IMG/VR virus record: IMGVR_UViG_3300033121_001571
Reading direction: 5' to 3' (one strand)
From: a virus
Lineage: Duplodnaviria > Caudoviricetes
Length of the DNA stretch: 64,000 bases
The notes below the pieces were generated by a model. That model ran no database searches. It saw only the letters and a program-made list of their open reading frames with translations, and was not told the DNA's origin. This document shows positions 11,529-21,316 of this stretch, one piece after another. The position numbers were made by a program, and so were the translations under genes. Position 1 is the first letter of the stretch. Each line of letters opens with the position of its first letter.

Positions 11529-12221
11529 GTGTACAAAAGAATTTTCACGTTAGTTTTCCTTGTTTTGTGTTTGTTTTCGTGTGTTAACTGTTCATCAGTA
11601 AAAGTTAACTCTGCTGCAAATGCTAGAGACGCAAAAGAAAAGACAGTCGCACTAATTTACAAAGACATTTTCGGTGAATATAACATCTACTGTGCAGGTG
11701 TCTGGATCTCTGAAACAGAAATCATGACTGCAGCACACTGTGTAAATTCACAGTACGAAGACCAAAATGCTGTTGGCTTGACACTCGATGTTGTGTCAGA
11801 AGACATGATCAAAAAAGACAACATCGTCCCAGTCAAAGCAGTGATTGCTAAAGTTAACACCAGTGTAGACTTAGCACTTCTTAAAGTCGATAAGTGGGAG
11901 TTCCCTAAGAAAAGAGTTGCACCAATTGGTGAAACTTTACCGTCTGTGGGTGAAGAAGTACACATAGTGGGCCACGTAGCTGGCTTGCCATGGACGTATT
12001 CTCACGGAGTTGTATCAGCTAAGAGAGGATTGATGAGCAGGGCACCAATACAAGCTGGCACTGTTCAAATTGAAACATTTGCATACAGGGGAAATTCTGG
12101 TGGAGGCGCTTTCAACTCACAAGGTGAACTTATTGGAATCTGTTCGTTTTTCTTCAATGCGGCTCCGGGTCAGATCTTTTTTATAAGTGTTGATGATATC
12201 AGAAAATTTCTTAGTTCTTAA
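11529..12221 (+). CDS. Exported trypsin-like serine protease (start probably GTG 11529)
   Basis: TAAHC, DLALL, GNSGG catalytic triad motifs; signal or lipoprotein-like N-terminus. Confidence 0.9.
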   Translation: MYKRIFTLVFLVLCLFSCVNCSSVKVNSAANARDAKEKTVALIYKDIFGEYNIYCAGVWISETEIMTAAHCVNSQYEDQNAVGLTLDVVSEDMIKKDNIVPVKAVIAKVNTSVDLALLKVDKWEFPKKRVAPIGETLPSVGEEVHIVGHVAGLPWTYSHGVVSAKRGLMSRAPIQAGTVQIETFAYRGNSGGGAFNSQGELIGICSFFFNAAPGQIFFISVDDIRKFLSS

Positions 12222-12513
12222 GAACTACTGTGACTCTTTCTCTATCAGAGAAAGACACAGACCATTGCTGCCCCTTTGATTCATCCCAGATCATAACTGA
12301 ATCAGAGTGTACTTTCATAATTGATCCCTCGTGTATCTCTTGCTTCCCACGCTCAACAGTTCTGACAAAGAAAACTTGGTCATTCTCTTTAGCAGAAAAC
12401 TTTCCATCTGAGTCAAAGACTGACTTATGTGTTGATAAGTCAACTTTGATCTTTTTCTTTCTTTGAACTGGTGCTTTCTCTTCTTTTTCTCTGATCAGAC
12501 TTTTTCGCTTCAT
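12211..12513 (-). CDS. Hypothetical protein
   Basis: ORF in minus-strand operon. Confidence 0.6.
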   Translation of the reverse strand: MKRKSLIREKEEKAPVQRKKKIKVDLSTHKSVFDSDGKFSAKENDQVFFVRTVERGKQEIHEGSIMKVHSDSVMIWDESKGQQWSVSFSDRERVTVVLKN

Positions 12514-12519
12514 GTGAAT

Positions 12520-13047
12520 TCAACTCAACATCTTGTTTACGTTATCAATGAATCTGTGCAAATTTGCACTCACTTCGCCGTATTTCGTGTATCTTCTCCA
12601 CGGCGCGGGCCACTCTAGAGAGTCTAGTTCTTGAACTATCTCTTGTTCACGGTTCTTTAAATCTTTTATGAGTTTTGTAAACACATCAGAGTTCAATCTG
12701 ACATAGTTTTGGATCTGTTGCCAATCTCCAGAACGTGACTGAGGGTATGCAAACGATATGACATCTAAGACGTTCGTGTCTTGAGGCCACCCATCTTCTG
12801 CATCAAAAGCAGCGGGACACGCAAGACGAAAACGTTTTTGAGAAATTCTTTCTTCCACTATATCACTCAGACTGTCGAACAGATCTGTAGCATAACGTTC
12901 TTGATCTTCTTGTCTTTTGAAGACGTTAGACATAGATCGCTGTAGATCTGTCATCTTTTTTAAGAAATCTTTTCCTCTTTTCTTGTTGAAAGCTGCACGC
13001 GCATCAACTAAGCTTTCAACAATGTATTCTCGAAGAGTTTTTAACAT
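12520..13047 (-). CDS. Hypothetical protein with leader motif
   Basis: MLKTLREYIVESL; GATAGTTA box 6 nt upstream. Confidence 0.7.
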   Translation of the reverse strand: MLKTLREYIVESLVDARAAFNKKRGKDFLKKMTDLQRSMSNVFKRQEDQERYATDLFDSLSDIVEERISQKRFRLACPAAFDAEDGWPQDTNVLDVISFAYPQSRSGDWQQIQNYVRLNSDVFTKLIKDLKNREQEIVQELDSLEWPAPWRRYTKYGEVSANLHRFIDNVNKMLS

Positions 13048-13472
13048 CGTTGGTAACTATCTGTAAGCCACGTCCAATACGTAGACAGTGCGTGATCAGA
13101 AGGTCTTTCTGTGCCCACAGAACCCTTCAAGAATATTCTGTGACTGTCGTGAGCATATCTACCAACGCCAGACAGTTCAGATATTTCTGTGCCATTCTCG
13201 TACTCTTCAGACATCTTTTTTAAGAGTTCATATCGCCTGTTAACGAAGCCAAGAGGGCGAATGATGTCTTTCACAACGTTTTCGGGTGTTTCTAGAAAAT
13301 CTTTTGCTGAAATAACTGTCGACACAAACGCTCCAAAGACTCTATCTAACTGCTTTCTAGACGTTCTGTTAAGAAGAATACAAGCAACAAGAAACAACCA
13401 TTCATTGTGTGCTAAGTCTTCTTGGATAAGGCCGTACGGACTAGTCTTTGCGATCTTAGTTTTCACTTCCAA
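13041..13472 (-). CDS. MBD4-like HhH-GPD DNA glycosylase
   Basis: SPYGLIQEDLAHNEWLFLVACILLNRTS resembles the MBD4 catalytic domain; HhH LSGVGRYAHDS; PSDHAL catalytic Asp. Confidence 0.85.
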   Translation of the reverse strand: MEVKTKIAKTSPYGLIQEDLAHNEWLFLVACILLNRTSRKQLDRVFGAFVSTVISAKDFLETPENVVKDIIRPLGFVNRRYELLKKMSEEYENGTEISELSGVGRYAHDSHRIFLKGSVGTERPSDHALSTYWTWLTDSYQRC

Positions 13473-14366
13473 CCGTGATCTGTCTAAGCACGCACAACTT
13501 GTCTTGTTCGGGATAATAATATTTCACACAATTAACGTATAAATTGTGTATAAACATAAATGTCAATTCAAATGCTAATCTTCCACCAAGCTCAACTCCA
13601 GTTTTATTGACTAAAATTGCATCTTTACCACTCGATAAACGAATAATATCACCTTCTTTGACAGAAGAGATTTTACAAAACACAAATTTACACCTTCTTC
13701 TTTCTAAGTGATCTTTTTTGATATTGCTCATTTTGGTGTTTACTTTCTTCGTGATCAGATCTCACTGTTCACTGACGCAATAGACAAAAGCTTCATCTGA
13801 TGAATACGGGAAAAAGATCTTTTTTAAATCGTGTGTGTCAAATGTAAAATACAAAATTTGTGTTTTGTAACTACCTGTGTTTTCAGAGATTTTTAACACC
13901 AAATACACAGCATCAATTATTAGAAAGAACTTTACGATATCACCAATCTTAAGATCTTTACATTTTTTCTGTGTAAGCATCAAGTTAAAAACAGACCGTA
14001 ACCGCCGATCGGCATAGAGTCAAATTCTATGATCTCATATTGAAATTTAGGATTACCCATTTTCGCAATAAACAGATAAATTTCTGCATAACTTTTTGGT
14101 TCAAGAAACTCTACATCAATAGAATCAAGATCAAATCCATTAGAACGTAACTTCTCACAAACTTCTCTTGGTAAGTTATTATCTTCATACTCAAAAGCAA
14201 CTTCGCTAATAAAATCTACGCCTAGCTTTTTCCAACCAACGTCATAGGCTTCTGTTATTTTACTTTCTTTCAAATTTGTCTTAATAAAAATTGTGCAAGT
14301 CATATTGTGTCCATCATTACTCCAATCACCGACAACAAGACCTAAAATTTTCTCTTTATTCTTCAT
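13456..14366 (-). CDS. Three hypothetical ORFs (13456, 13762, 13980)
   Basis: Co-oriented; the first two have 'VKEGDII' / 'DLKIGDIV' motifs. Confidence 0.55.
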
Positions 14367-14835
14367 TTTTTACACCTTTCCACCACAGTGGTTCTCGAGC
14401 TTTTGGTTCCCAGACAGCAAACTTTTTTTCACCAGCATAGAAGGCTCTGTATGAAGCAACAGAGTCATTTGATTTGTAGATGTCAGGCATACACAAGACA
14501 AAATCTTCGTGCAGCTTGTAATCACCCACTAACTCTGGAATGTCAAGAAGCGGAACGACATACGTTGTCTTGTGCACTTTCCCGTACCTGTTTACGAACT
14601 CACTTGCTAGTGATGCAGCATGCACTAACACCCAAGCATAGTTGTGAGGTGTTCTAGCGGTCCAGATAGCACAAGGATGATTTACGTGTGTTGGCTTGTA
14701 AGGAACATCATAACCTTTTTTATCAGCAGCAGTACTCAACAACTGCACGCTTTCTATGAGCATCTTGCCAACGTGTTTATTGCACAGATCTTTAGCTGCT
14801 TGAATCGGGCAGTTGTCAACTGCAAAGATGTTCAA
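14356..14835 (-). CDS. Pyrimidine-dimer DNA glycosylase / endonuclease V family
   Basis: MNIF...A..LCNKHVGKMLIESVQLLS, YKPTHVNHPCAIW signature. Confidence 0.85.
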   Translation of the reverse strand: MNIFAVDNCPIQAAKDLCNKHVGKMLIESVQLLSTAADKKGYDVPYKPTHVNHPCAIWTARTPHNYAWVLVHAASLASEFVNRYGKVHKTTYVVPLLDIPELVGDYKLHEDFVLCMPDIYKSNDSVASYRAFYAGEKKFAVWEPKAREPLWWKGVKNEE

Positions 14836-15302
14836 GAGATGTCGTGTTTTGAAGTTGGTTTTGTCTGCACAAAAACAACAACTACATCTTGCGATGTGTT
14901 TGCATCCAATAATTCTTGGAGTTTGTCTCGTCTAAACACAATCACAGTCCCATCGGAGACTGCAGCGCTAGCGATCCCTTTCTCTCTTGCAAGAGCAACA
15001 AGAAACTTAGCTTCTGAATCAAGAACGTTTTGTTTCACCTGCAAAAATTCCTATCTCTTGATGAACCGGCGTCTTCACTGCCACCCAACTTGTGATACCA
15101 CCTGACTGTGTCTGCAATTGCATCACTGATCTGGTCTTTCTCTACAAAGACAGGTTTTGGTGTTGATACTAAAGAAAATGTCTTGACTGATACAAGTGCT
15201 ACCATGTAAGAGTTATCTTGTTGTTTTCTGACAACAACAGTGTGACCACTCGAAAATGCTCTGTTGATCTCTTTTGCAGTCAATTTTATTGATTTCACAG
15301 CT

Positions 15303-15854
15303 TCAATACCCAATCTCTTGGAACACTAGTTTGTTATACTCTGCCCATGGAAAATTTGCACTATCTTTCATCTCTTCAACACTCGCTAGCGCAAGATCAC
15401 CTTCTTCTGAGGGCACAAGAGTCCCAGATGCTTTTATTTTGTAGTAAGAGATAACTTTACTGTCATTTTTGATCGTAGTGATGTGAGATATCTCTTCAGT
15501 GTCAAGACCAGTCTCTTCTTTCAACTCTCTTATAGCAGCGTCTTTTCCACGCTCGCCGATTTCTCTTTTACCCCCAGGAAATCCAAACAGTTGTGATCCT
15601 GGACCCCTAGAGACACATAGAACTTTACCATTTAAAAACACTACACAGAGAGACACTTTGACAGTGTCATCTGCTTCATCTTTTGGTTTTTCTTGTTTAA
15701 TAGAGTGTCCATGCCACATCACATTTGACGTGTCAGTGACTCTTGCACCGTGTAAAGATGCAGCGATCTCACTTATAAACGTACGGATCAATTTCCTTTG
15801 ATTTATCAATGTGTCCGCGCGATCCGAACTTTCTTTCAAGTTCATCTCTTTCAA
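15303..15854 (-). CDS. NUDIX hydrolase
   Basis: Nudix box GGKREIGERGKDAAIRELKEETGL. Confidence 0.9.
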   Translation of the reverse strand: MKEMNLKESSDRADTLINQRKLIRTFISEIAASLHGARVTDTSNVMWHGHSIKQEKPKDEADDTVKVSLCVVFLNGKVLCVSRGPGSQLFGFPGGKREIGERGKDAAIRELKEETGLDTEEISHITTIKNDSKVISYYKIKASGTLVPSEEGDLALASVEEMKDSANFPWAEYNKLVFQEIGY

Positions 15855-16158
15855 TCCACGATGTCAGTTTTTCATCCAAAACCTTCTTAAGAAGGTCAAC
15901 ACCCGCTTCTATGCTTCCCGTCTTTTTTACGTAATAGTGATATCTGTTGTTGATAATTCTTGAGACAGAAGCTTTCTCGTATCTAGAGAGTTTTCGATCT
16001 AATATTCGTTCAGCGTCTTCAATCCACAACTGTGCAAAACTACGAGGTGCATAGTGTGTTGACAGATCGTTTGAGTGCCAAAGCGCAGAAAGAGAATCAA
16101 TGAATTCTTTGTCTTGTTTGAGTTCAAACAAGAACTCTTTCAATAGCTTGTTAGTCAC
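15769..16158 (-). CDS. Hypothetical protein with leader motif
   Basis: MTNKLLKEFLFE; AATATTTA box 4 nt upstream. Confidence 0.65.
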   Translation of the reverse strand: MTNKLLKEFLFELKQDKEFIDSLSALWHSNDLSTHYAPRSFAQLWIEDAERILDRKLSRYEKASVSRIINNRYHYYVKKTGSIEAGVDLLKKVLDEKLTSWIERDELERKFGSRGHIDKSKEIDPYVYK

Positions 16159-17225
16159 AGTCTAAATATTCTCCTAATAAACTCCAGCACGTATCCAAAT
16201 AACGAAAAACTTGCTTCGTTTGAACTCTTGACATTGAAAGTTGTTGATATGTTGGGATTTGAAGTCACAACTTCTTGTGTCACTGGCTCTGGTTCTTTTT
16301 TGACTTCAGGTGCGACAGTCGGTTCCCAAGTTTTTAACTCTAAATTTGTCTTAGGAAGAGTGACGTTAAACAACTTTTCAATAACTGGCCTGATTTTATC
16401 ATACCTTCCAGGATAGATCTTGATCTGAGGACCAAAAGTCATTTCTTTAATGATTGAAATGCACCAATCTTGAGACCAAGGCTCTAGTTTCGAACCTTCA
16501 GTCGCTAAAAACAATCTTCTTGCAGCGACTGCTGGAAGATTTGCAGCAAAGGAATAGTATGCAGCTCGAAGTGCAAGAGCCCAATCAGTCTCTGGTGATT
16601 TAGCAAATATCTCTGTAGAAAATGGAGTGTCAAACCACTTTAATCTATCAGCAGTAAACTTTAACTGTGCTTTTCTTGCTCTGACGTCAGACCAGACATT
16701 TGCCATTGCTGCGGCCCAAGTCTTGGCACGAAGCTTTGAAGTGTCGTCCCAAGAACCCTGCAAACCCGAACACCCAAGAAACAGTTTTCTTTGAAGATCA
16801 ACGCTGTTGACTTCTTGTTCATTCAAGAAAAATCTCCACTTTCCATTTGAGTTCTTCTTGAAAGACGCTCCGCACAAAGTCAGTGCTGGCGCTAGGGGTT
16901 CGAGTACAACGCTTGGTTCAGAGTTGTCTATCACAAATCCCAACATTGTGCTGACGCTGTATTGGCTAGCTTCACCCCACTGAATGAAGCCGACACTCAC
17001 TATCATTCTATCCCACATGTTTATACATGAATAATTGCCACCCTCCGTAGCAGTGATAACTTCTAATACTTTCTCACTAAAGTTTGGATTTTCGACCGGC
17101 ACAAATTTTGCTTCTTTGTGACCGGCGTACATGGGCCCTTCCCGCTTGTTTGTGCCGTCATCATACTTTCCCCACTTGATGTCATCAACTGTGACTTTAT
17201 ACATTTTTCTTTTCTCCGATAGCAA
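16155..17225 (-). CDS. Putative lysozyme-fold peptidoglycan hydrolase (endolysin candidate)
   Basis: ATEGG..CINMWDR..VSVGFIQW motif typical of lysozyme/chitosanase-like hydrolases; amphipathic C-terminal tail. Confidence 0.55.
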   Translation of the reverse strand: MLSEKRKMYKVTVDDIKWGKYDDGTNKREGPMYAGHKEAKFVPVENPNFSEKVLEVITATEGGNYSCINMWDRMIVSVGFIQWGEASQYSVSTMLGFVIDNSEPSVVLEPLAPALTLCGASFKKNSNGKWRFFLNEQEVNSVDLQRKLFLGCSGLQGSWDDTSKLRAKTWAAAMANVWSDVRARKAQLKFTADRLKWFDTPFSTEIFAKSPETDWALALRAAYYSFAANLPAVAARRLFLATEGSKLEPWSQDWCISIIKEMTFGPQIKIYPGRYDKIRPVIEKLFNVTLPKTNLELKTWEPTVAPEVKKEPEPVTQEVVTSNPNISTTFNVKSSNEASFSLFGYVLEFIRRIFRL

Positions 17226-17670
17226 TCAAAGCACCTTCAATGTCAATGATTTGATTTGCGCCACGGCGGGCGTCGATTTCTAAAGGATTAGAGTAATAAA
17301 AGTGAGAGTACTTGCAACCCCAAAGTATGCCCAAAGACATCAACGCATAAAACACAGGAAAAAACACACCCATTCTCATGTACTGAGAAACGTGTTCTAA
17401 CTCATGGTTCATAATCTTTTCGTATCTATCTTTTGCTTCAACGTTAAGCACGATGACATTGCCTATCGTCTGTCCGCTCCATTTTTTCCACATCGATAAC
17501 AATTTTTTGGGAGCACGAGTGTGGTCAACTTTCCACACAAGAGCATCAGAATTCTTTTCAGAAAACTTATACCAACCGAACACAGAAAAAACTAGCACAT
17601 ACACCAATCCAAAAAATGTAACTGGTGCTGCCCAAGCAATTCCCAAAAATCTCTTGACGTTCATGCTCAC
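17197..17670 (-). CDS. Membrane HExxH zinc-peptidase-like protein
   Basis: GQTIGNVI, HELEHVSQ, NPLEIDA; two hydrophobic helices. Confidence 0.7.
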   Translation of the reverse strand: MSMNVKRFLGIAWAAPVTFFGLVYVLVFSVFGWYKFSEKNSDALVWKVDHTRAPKKLLSMWKKWSGQTIGNVIVLNVEAKDRYEKIMNHELEHVSQYMRMGVFFPVFYALMSLGILWGCKYSHFYYSNPLEIDARRGANQIIDIEGALIAIGEKKNV

Positions 17671-17685
17671 TCCTGAGCATATGTA

Positions 17686-18717
17686 TCAAGACTTTTCTGC
17701 TTTGAATTGGCCAGCACATAAGTACCAATTCCGCGCTTTCAACATGCAAGATCTCATAGCCTCTTTTTTGGGAAGAGACGATTCTTCTAGTTCATTTTGA
17801 ACTTCTTTTTCAAGATCTTTTATCAAGTGCTTGAGAAAAGTACCAACGTCATCTCTCTTGAAGAGACCGTCAGTTGACTCTCTCAGGGCTTGTTCTAAAC
17901 GTTCTGAAGTCACAACTAAGTCGGCAAACTTAGCACAGTTAACAACGTTATCGATCTGTGCAGTCGCTGGTTCAGTTGCAACAACAGCAAATTTTTCTGT
18001 CTTTGCTTTGAAAGCTAAGTTTTCAAAAGCTCTAACGTCATTTCTAAGTGGATAGTAAACGAGACCCTCGCCAGGACCAGAAAGACCAAACTTAGATTCA
18101 ATGAACGGGTCACAAGTGCTTATCTTGTGCACTTGCTCATTGATTTCATCAGTGATCGTCTTGAGTTCGTCTGAATTCTTTCTGAAGTCTATTGTAACGC
18201 TGTGAGTGTGATATGGAATGACAGTGCAATTTTGTTGCATATTCTCTAGCAAAGACAAGAGAACAAGGATCTGAGAAGGGTCGCAGATCATGTGTTTCTT
18301 ATCATCACCGTTATAAAGTGAAACAGCAAAAACAGCAAAGTGTTTTTCTACCATAGAAGCAATAGTTCCTTTCACTGGTATGCCCTTTCCAAACCACTCA
18401 CCGTGAACAACGACCGCATCACAATCTGCGTGTTTTTCAAAAACTTCTCCAGAAGATAAACTCAACCCTGCGGCCCAGGTTGCAAAGCCCATATTAGAAT
18501 TTTTAACAGTCACTTCTTGGTGCCTAGAAAGAAATCTTACATCGTTTTTGAAAAAGACGATTGCGGCATTGGTACCATGAAGCTTTACTTTAGAACGATA
18601 AGTAACAATCTGACCCGGATCAGGTCCGATCTCTAAGAGATGAGGGTACTTGACTAGAGTCTTTCTCAGTGAGAAAAAATTGACTATGCTTGGCCAATAA
18701 AACGTTTTGTGAATCAT
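17686..18717 (-). CDS. RNA ligase (Rnl2-like)
   Basis: Motif I KLHGTN, motif III GEWFG, motif IV GEGLV, motif V FKAK. Confidence 0.88.
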   Translation of the reverse strand: MIHKTFYWPSIVNFFSLRKTLVKYPHLLEIGPDPGQIVTYRSKVKLHGTNAAIVFFKNDVRFLSRHQEVTVKNSNMGFATWAAGLSLSSGEVFEKHADCDAVVVHGEWFGKGIPVKGTIASMVEKHFAVFAVSLYNGDDKKHMICDPSQILVLLSLLENMQQNCTVIPYHTHSVTIDFRKNSDELKTITDEINEQVHKISTCDPFIESKFGLSGPGEGLVYYPLRNDVRAFENLAFKAKTEKFAVVATEPATAQIDNVVNCAKFADLVVTSERLEQALRESTDGLFKRDDVGTFLKHLIKDLEKEVQNELEESSLPKKEAMRSCMLKARNWYLCAGQFKAEKS

Positions 18718-19595
18718 TCAGTTGTCCACAACTTGTCGAAAGTTTCGACAAATCTGTTCCAGTATTTAGAGTTTGTCATAGATGCAAAATTCATCTGTTC
18801 AAAAACATTTTTGACTTTTTCCCAGTCTCTTACTGGCTCGCTGCTAAACATCTTCTTGGCTTCTTCATCAGACCAAGTTTTGAACTTTATCAAAGAATAA
18901 TTCTTTGCAAATTGATCACTGAGTTCTTTGTTACTTTCAAAGAACAATTTCAATCTTGGAATATCTCGACAGTACATCTCTGCCACAGAATCAGAGAAAC
19001 CTTTCAATTTCTTGACATTGTCGCAAGCATCTCCACGTAGAGATTTCCATATGACATAATCGTAATCAGTGTTATCAACATAACATTTCTTGACGGGATT
19101 GTATAGAGAGACATTTTCAAATTCATTCAATAACTGAATGAAATCTGAATCAGTGCTGACAACGGTGATTGGCACAGCTCGAGATGATGCTGCAACCAAG
19201 TTATACACTACATCATCACACTCAAGTTCAGGTTGTTTTACTACGTGGATAGGAAAGTTTTCAATCAACATTTTCTTACACAGGTCTGCTTGACGATAGA
19301 ACTCTTCCATTTCACTTCGTTTATTTTCAGCTATAACCCTGTTAGCTTTGTACTCTGGACTGATCTCGTACCTAGACGTTGGGTGCCCATCAAGAACAAA
19401 GACAACTCGAGTTGCTTTTAGCGTTTCAACAAGTGCGCGGAGACTTCGAAAGAAGTTGAACACAATGCTGTTCTCACCACCAAAACCAGCTCGTGATCGG
19501 TGCAGGAAATTCTGCCCATCAATGTAAATTGTTCTCACAGTTCCATCTACCTTTTCCGACAGTTTGGTGCACTCACTTACAAGGGCCCCTAACAT
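18714..19595 (-). CDS. 5'-3' exonuclease / flap endonuclease (T4 RNase H-like)
   Basis: IDGQN, YKANR, ECDD, STDSDFIQL, LRGDACDN. Confidence 0.93.
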   Translation of the reverse strand: MLGALVSECTKLSEKVDGTVRTIYIDGQNFLHRSRAGFGGENSIVFNFFRSLRALVETLKATRVVFVLDGHPTSRYEISPEYKANRVIAENKRSEMEEFYRQADLCKKMLIENFPIHVVKQPELECDDVVYNLVAASSRAVPITVVSTDSDFIQLLNEFENVSLYNPVKKCYVDNTDYDYVIWKSLRGDACDNVKKLKGFSDSVAEMYCRDIPRLKLFFESNKELSDQFAKNYSLIKFKTWSDEEAKKMFSSEPVRDWEKVKNVFEQMNFASMTNSKYWNRFVETFDKLWTTE

Positions 19596-19606
19596 ATACC
19601 GCTACT

Positions 19607-19634
19607 GCCCCCAGACCGCCCTCAGAATATCTTT
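19607..19634 (+). repeat. Third copy of the 4969/5060 GC-rich repeat
   Basis: gcccccagaccgccctcagaatatcttt matches the reverse complement of 5033-5060 at 26/28 positions. Confidence 0.85.
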
Positions 19635-19685
19635 CAGGTGCCCAATAAAGTTGCCTATGGCAAAAAAAGAAAGCACTCTGGTGTG

Positions 19686-20219
19686 TCACCAGCACCATGA
19701 CAACGATTCAATATCAATTTTGTTCCAAGCAGCAACTTGTGCTACTGTCGTAGCGTCAGGACAGAGTCTGCTGATGGTGTTCAAGTGTGAAGCCATAAGA
19801 GTTCCTGGAACGTGTTGTGCCCCCAGCGCGTGGCCCATCTCGTGTAAAACAATCAACTGGACTGCGCGCTCATATCTTCCCCTGATCAAAAAGATCTCTC
19901 TTGAACCCAAACTTGGTGTATACGCAAGAACATTAGTGTTCTCATATTTCTCTGTGAGATCAGTTTCTGAGATGTTGATGCAACAATAGCTTCCGCTGTT
20001 GACTACGAATCTCTTCCAGTTCTTGAGAGACTTGTCCCAAGTCTGCACAGCATCAGAGACATCACTCAAACACTCATCTGCAACGTTAACACAGACATTG
20101 CAGACTTGGTTGTCAAATCCTCCTGTCACAGTGGGACTTACCCAGTTCTCTGTAACACACGAGAAGAAAAGAACAAGTGCAATAGTTGCTACTATAAAAA
20201 CTTTCTTGACACGATTCAC
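19686..20219 (-). CDS. Matrixin-family (metzincin) metalloprotease, lipoprotein-like
   Basis: HEMGHALGAQH plus Met-turn 'TLM'; signal peptide ending LFFSC. Confidence 0.85.
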   Translation of the reverse strand: MNRVKKVFIVATIALVLFFSCVTENWVSPTVTGGFDNQVCNVCVNVADECLSDVSDAVQTWDKSLKNWKRFVVNSGSYCCINISETDLTEKYENTNVLAYTPSLGSREIFLIRGRYERAVQLIVLHEMGHALGAQHVPGTLMASHLNTISRLCPDATTVAQVAAWNKIDIESLSWCW

Positions 20220-21000
20220 GGAAGCTTTGCTCTCGCAGTTCTGCCGTCGCCTAAGTCAACTAACACTATTTTCTCTGATGCAGATTCTGCTGTGTCTTCA
20301 GAGAACTGTTCTGAACCAAGAAACTCACGAGCGCTCTGGACAGGCCCAGTTCTAAACAGATCAGGAAAGTTTTCTTGTGCTTGTTGAGATGCTGTCTTAA
20401 CGTTCTTTTCAACAGCGCTTATTGCAAGAGAAACAGCGTAATTCTTAGCTTCTTCAAGACTCTTGAAAAAAAGACCCTTAACATTCAAAGATGATTCTCT
20501 GCTGCGGATGTCTTCAAATTTTGTCTCAAAAAAGAAAGAGATCTCTTCACCCTTCAGAGTCTTCTTATACGTTTTTTCTAGAATCCTCACGGGAATTATC
20601 TTGAGTCCAGAATGGACAACAAGATAAACAAGGTGTCCCACTTCAAACTCTTTCATATCTTCTTGAAATTTTGGAAGTGTCATTTCTTCTCTTGCTCAAG
20701 TTGGTAGACACCCATGTGCATCTGAGTGATGCTCACAAGATAATCTGGTGCATCGCGCCCCACAACGAGACCACAAGTGACACAAGCGTCAGTGATTTTC
20801 TTCCACAACTCAGCTTCTTTTGAGAAACTCGTTTGCAAAGACAACAAGTGCGAAACTGCAAGAGTTGATTCACCAGATATAACAGAGACAGACATCAAGT
20901 TTCGAAGATGTGTCAACTCTTCTTGTGTGAGTTCTATCCTAGCGCAACTCGGAAATTTACACTTGACTGCTGGCTTTTTCTTAGCGGATTTCTTATTCAT
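20216..21000 (-). CDS. Two hypothetical ORFs (20216-20683; 20680-21000)
   Basis: Coupled stops and starts in operon. Confidence 0.6.
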
Positions 21001-21274
21001 TTTCAAGCTTCTCCAGAGCCTGAACAAACATGTCATACGTGTCTTTGTGCGCAACTGATTTTTGAATCTTAGCAACTCTCATCGCTAACTTCAGAGTCTT
21101 GATGTCTAATTTATCTTCAAATTCTTCGACGAGTTCTCGCTTGTCATCATTGAGCATCTCAATCTCGTTTTCAATATTGTTCATGCGTGTGATAAATTCA
21201 CCAGCAAGCTTCTTAATCTCATTAAGTTCATCAGGTTGCATTGCTGCAACATTGTAGTTTTTAACCTTCTTCAC
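20993..21274 (-). CDS. GapR/DUF2312- or T4 DsbA-like coiled-coil DNA-binding protein
   Basis: EFITRMNNIENEI..L.DDKRELV.E..LDIKTLK.A.R pattern. Confidence 0.6.
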   Translation of the reverse strand: MKKVKNYNVAAMQPDELNEIKKLAGEFITRMNNIENEIEMLNDDKRELVEEFEDKLDIKTLKLAMRVAKIQKSVAHKDTYDMFVQALEKLENE

Positions 21275-21280
21275 TCTCAA

Positions 21281-21309
21281 AATATACTGTGGGGTGAAGT
21301 AGTGTTCAA
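21281..21309 (-). promoter_or_regulatory. Sigma70-like promoter TTGAAC-N17-TATATT, 6 nt before GTG 21274
   Basis: Near-consensus -35 and -10 with 17-nt spacer. Confidence 0.6.
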
Positions 21310-21316
21310 TTGAGCA

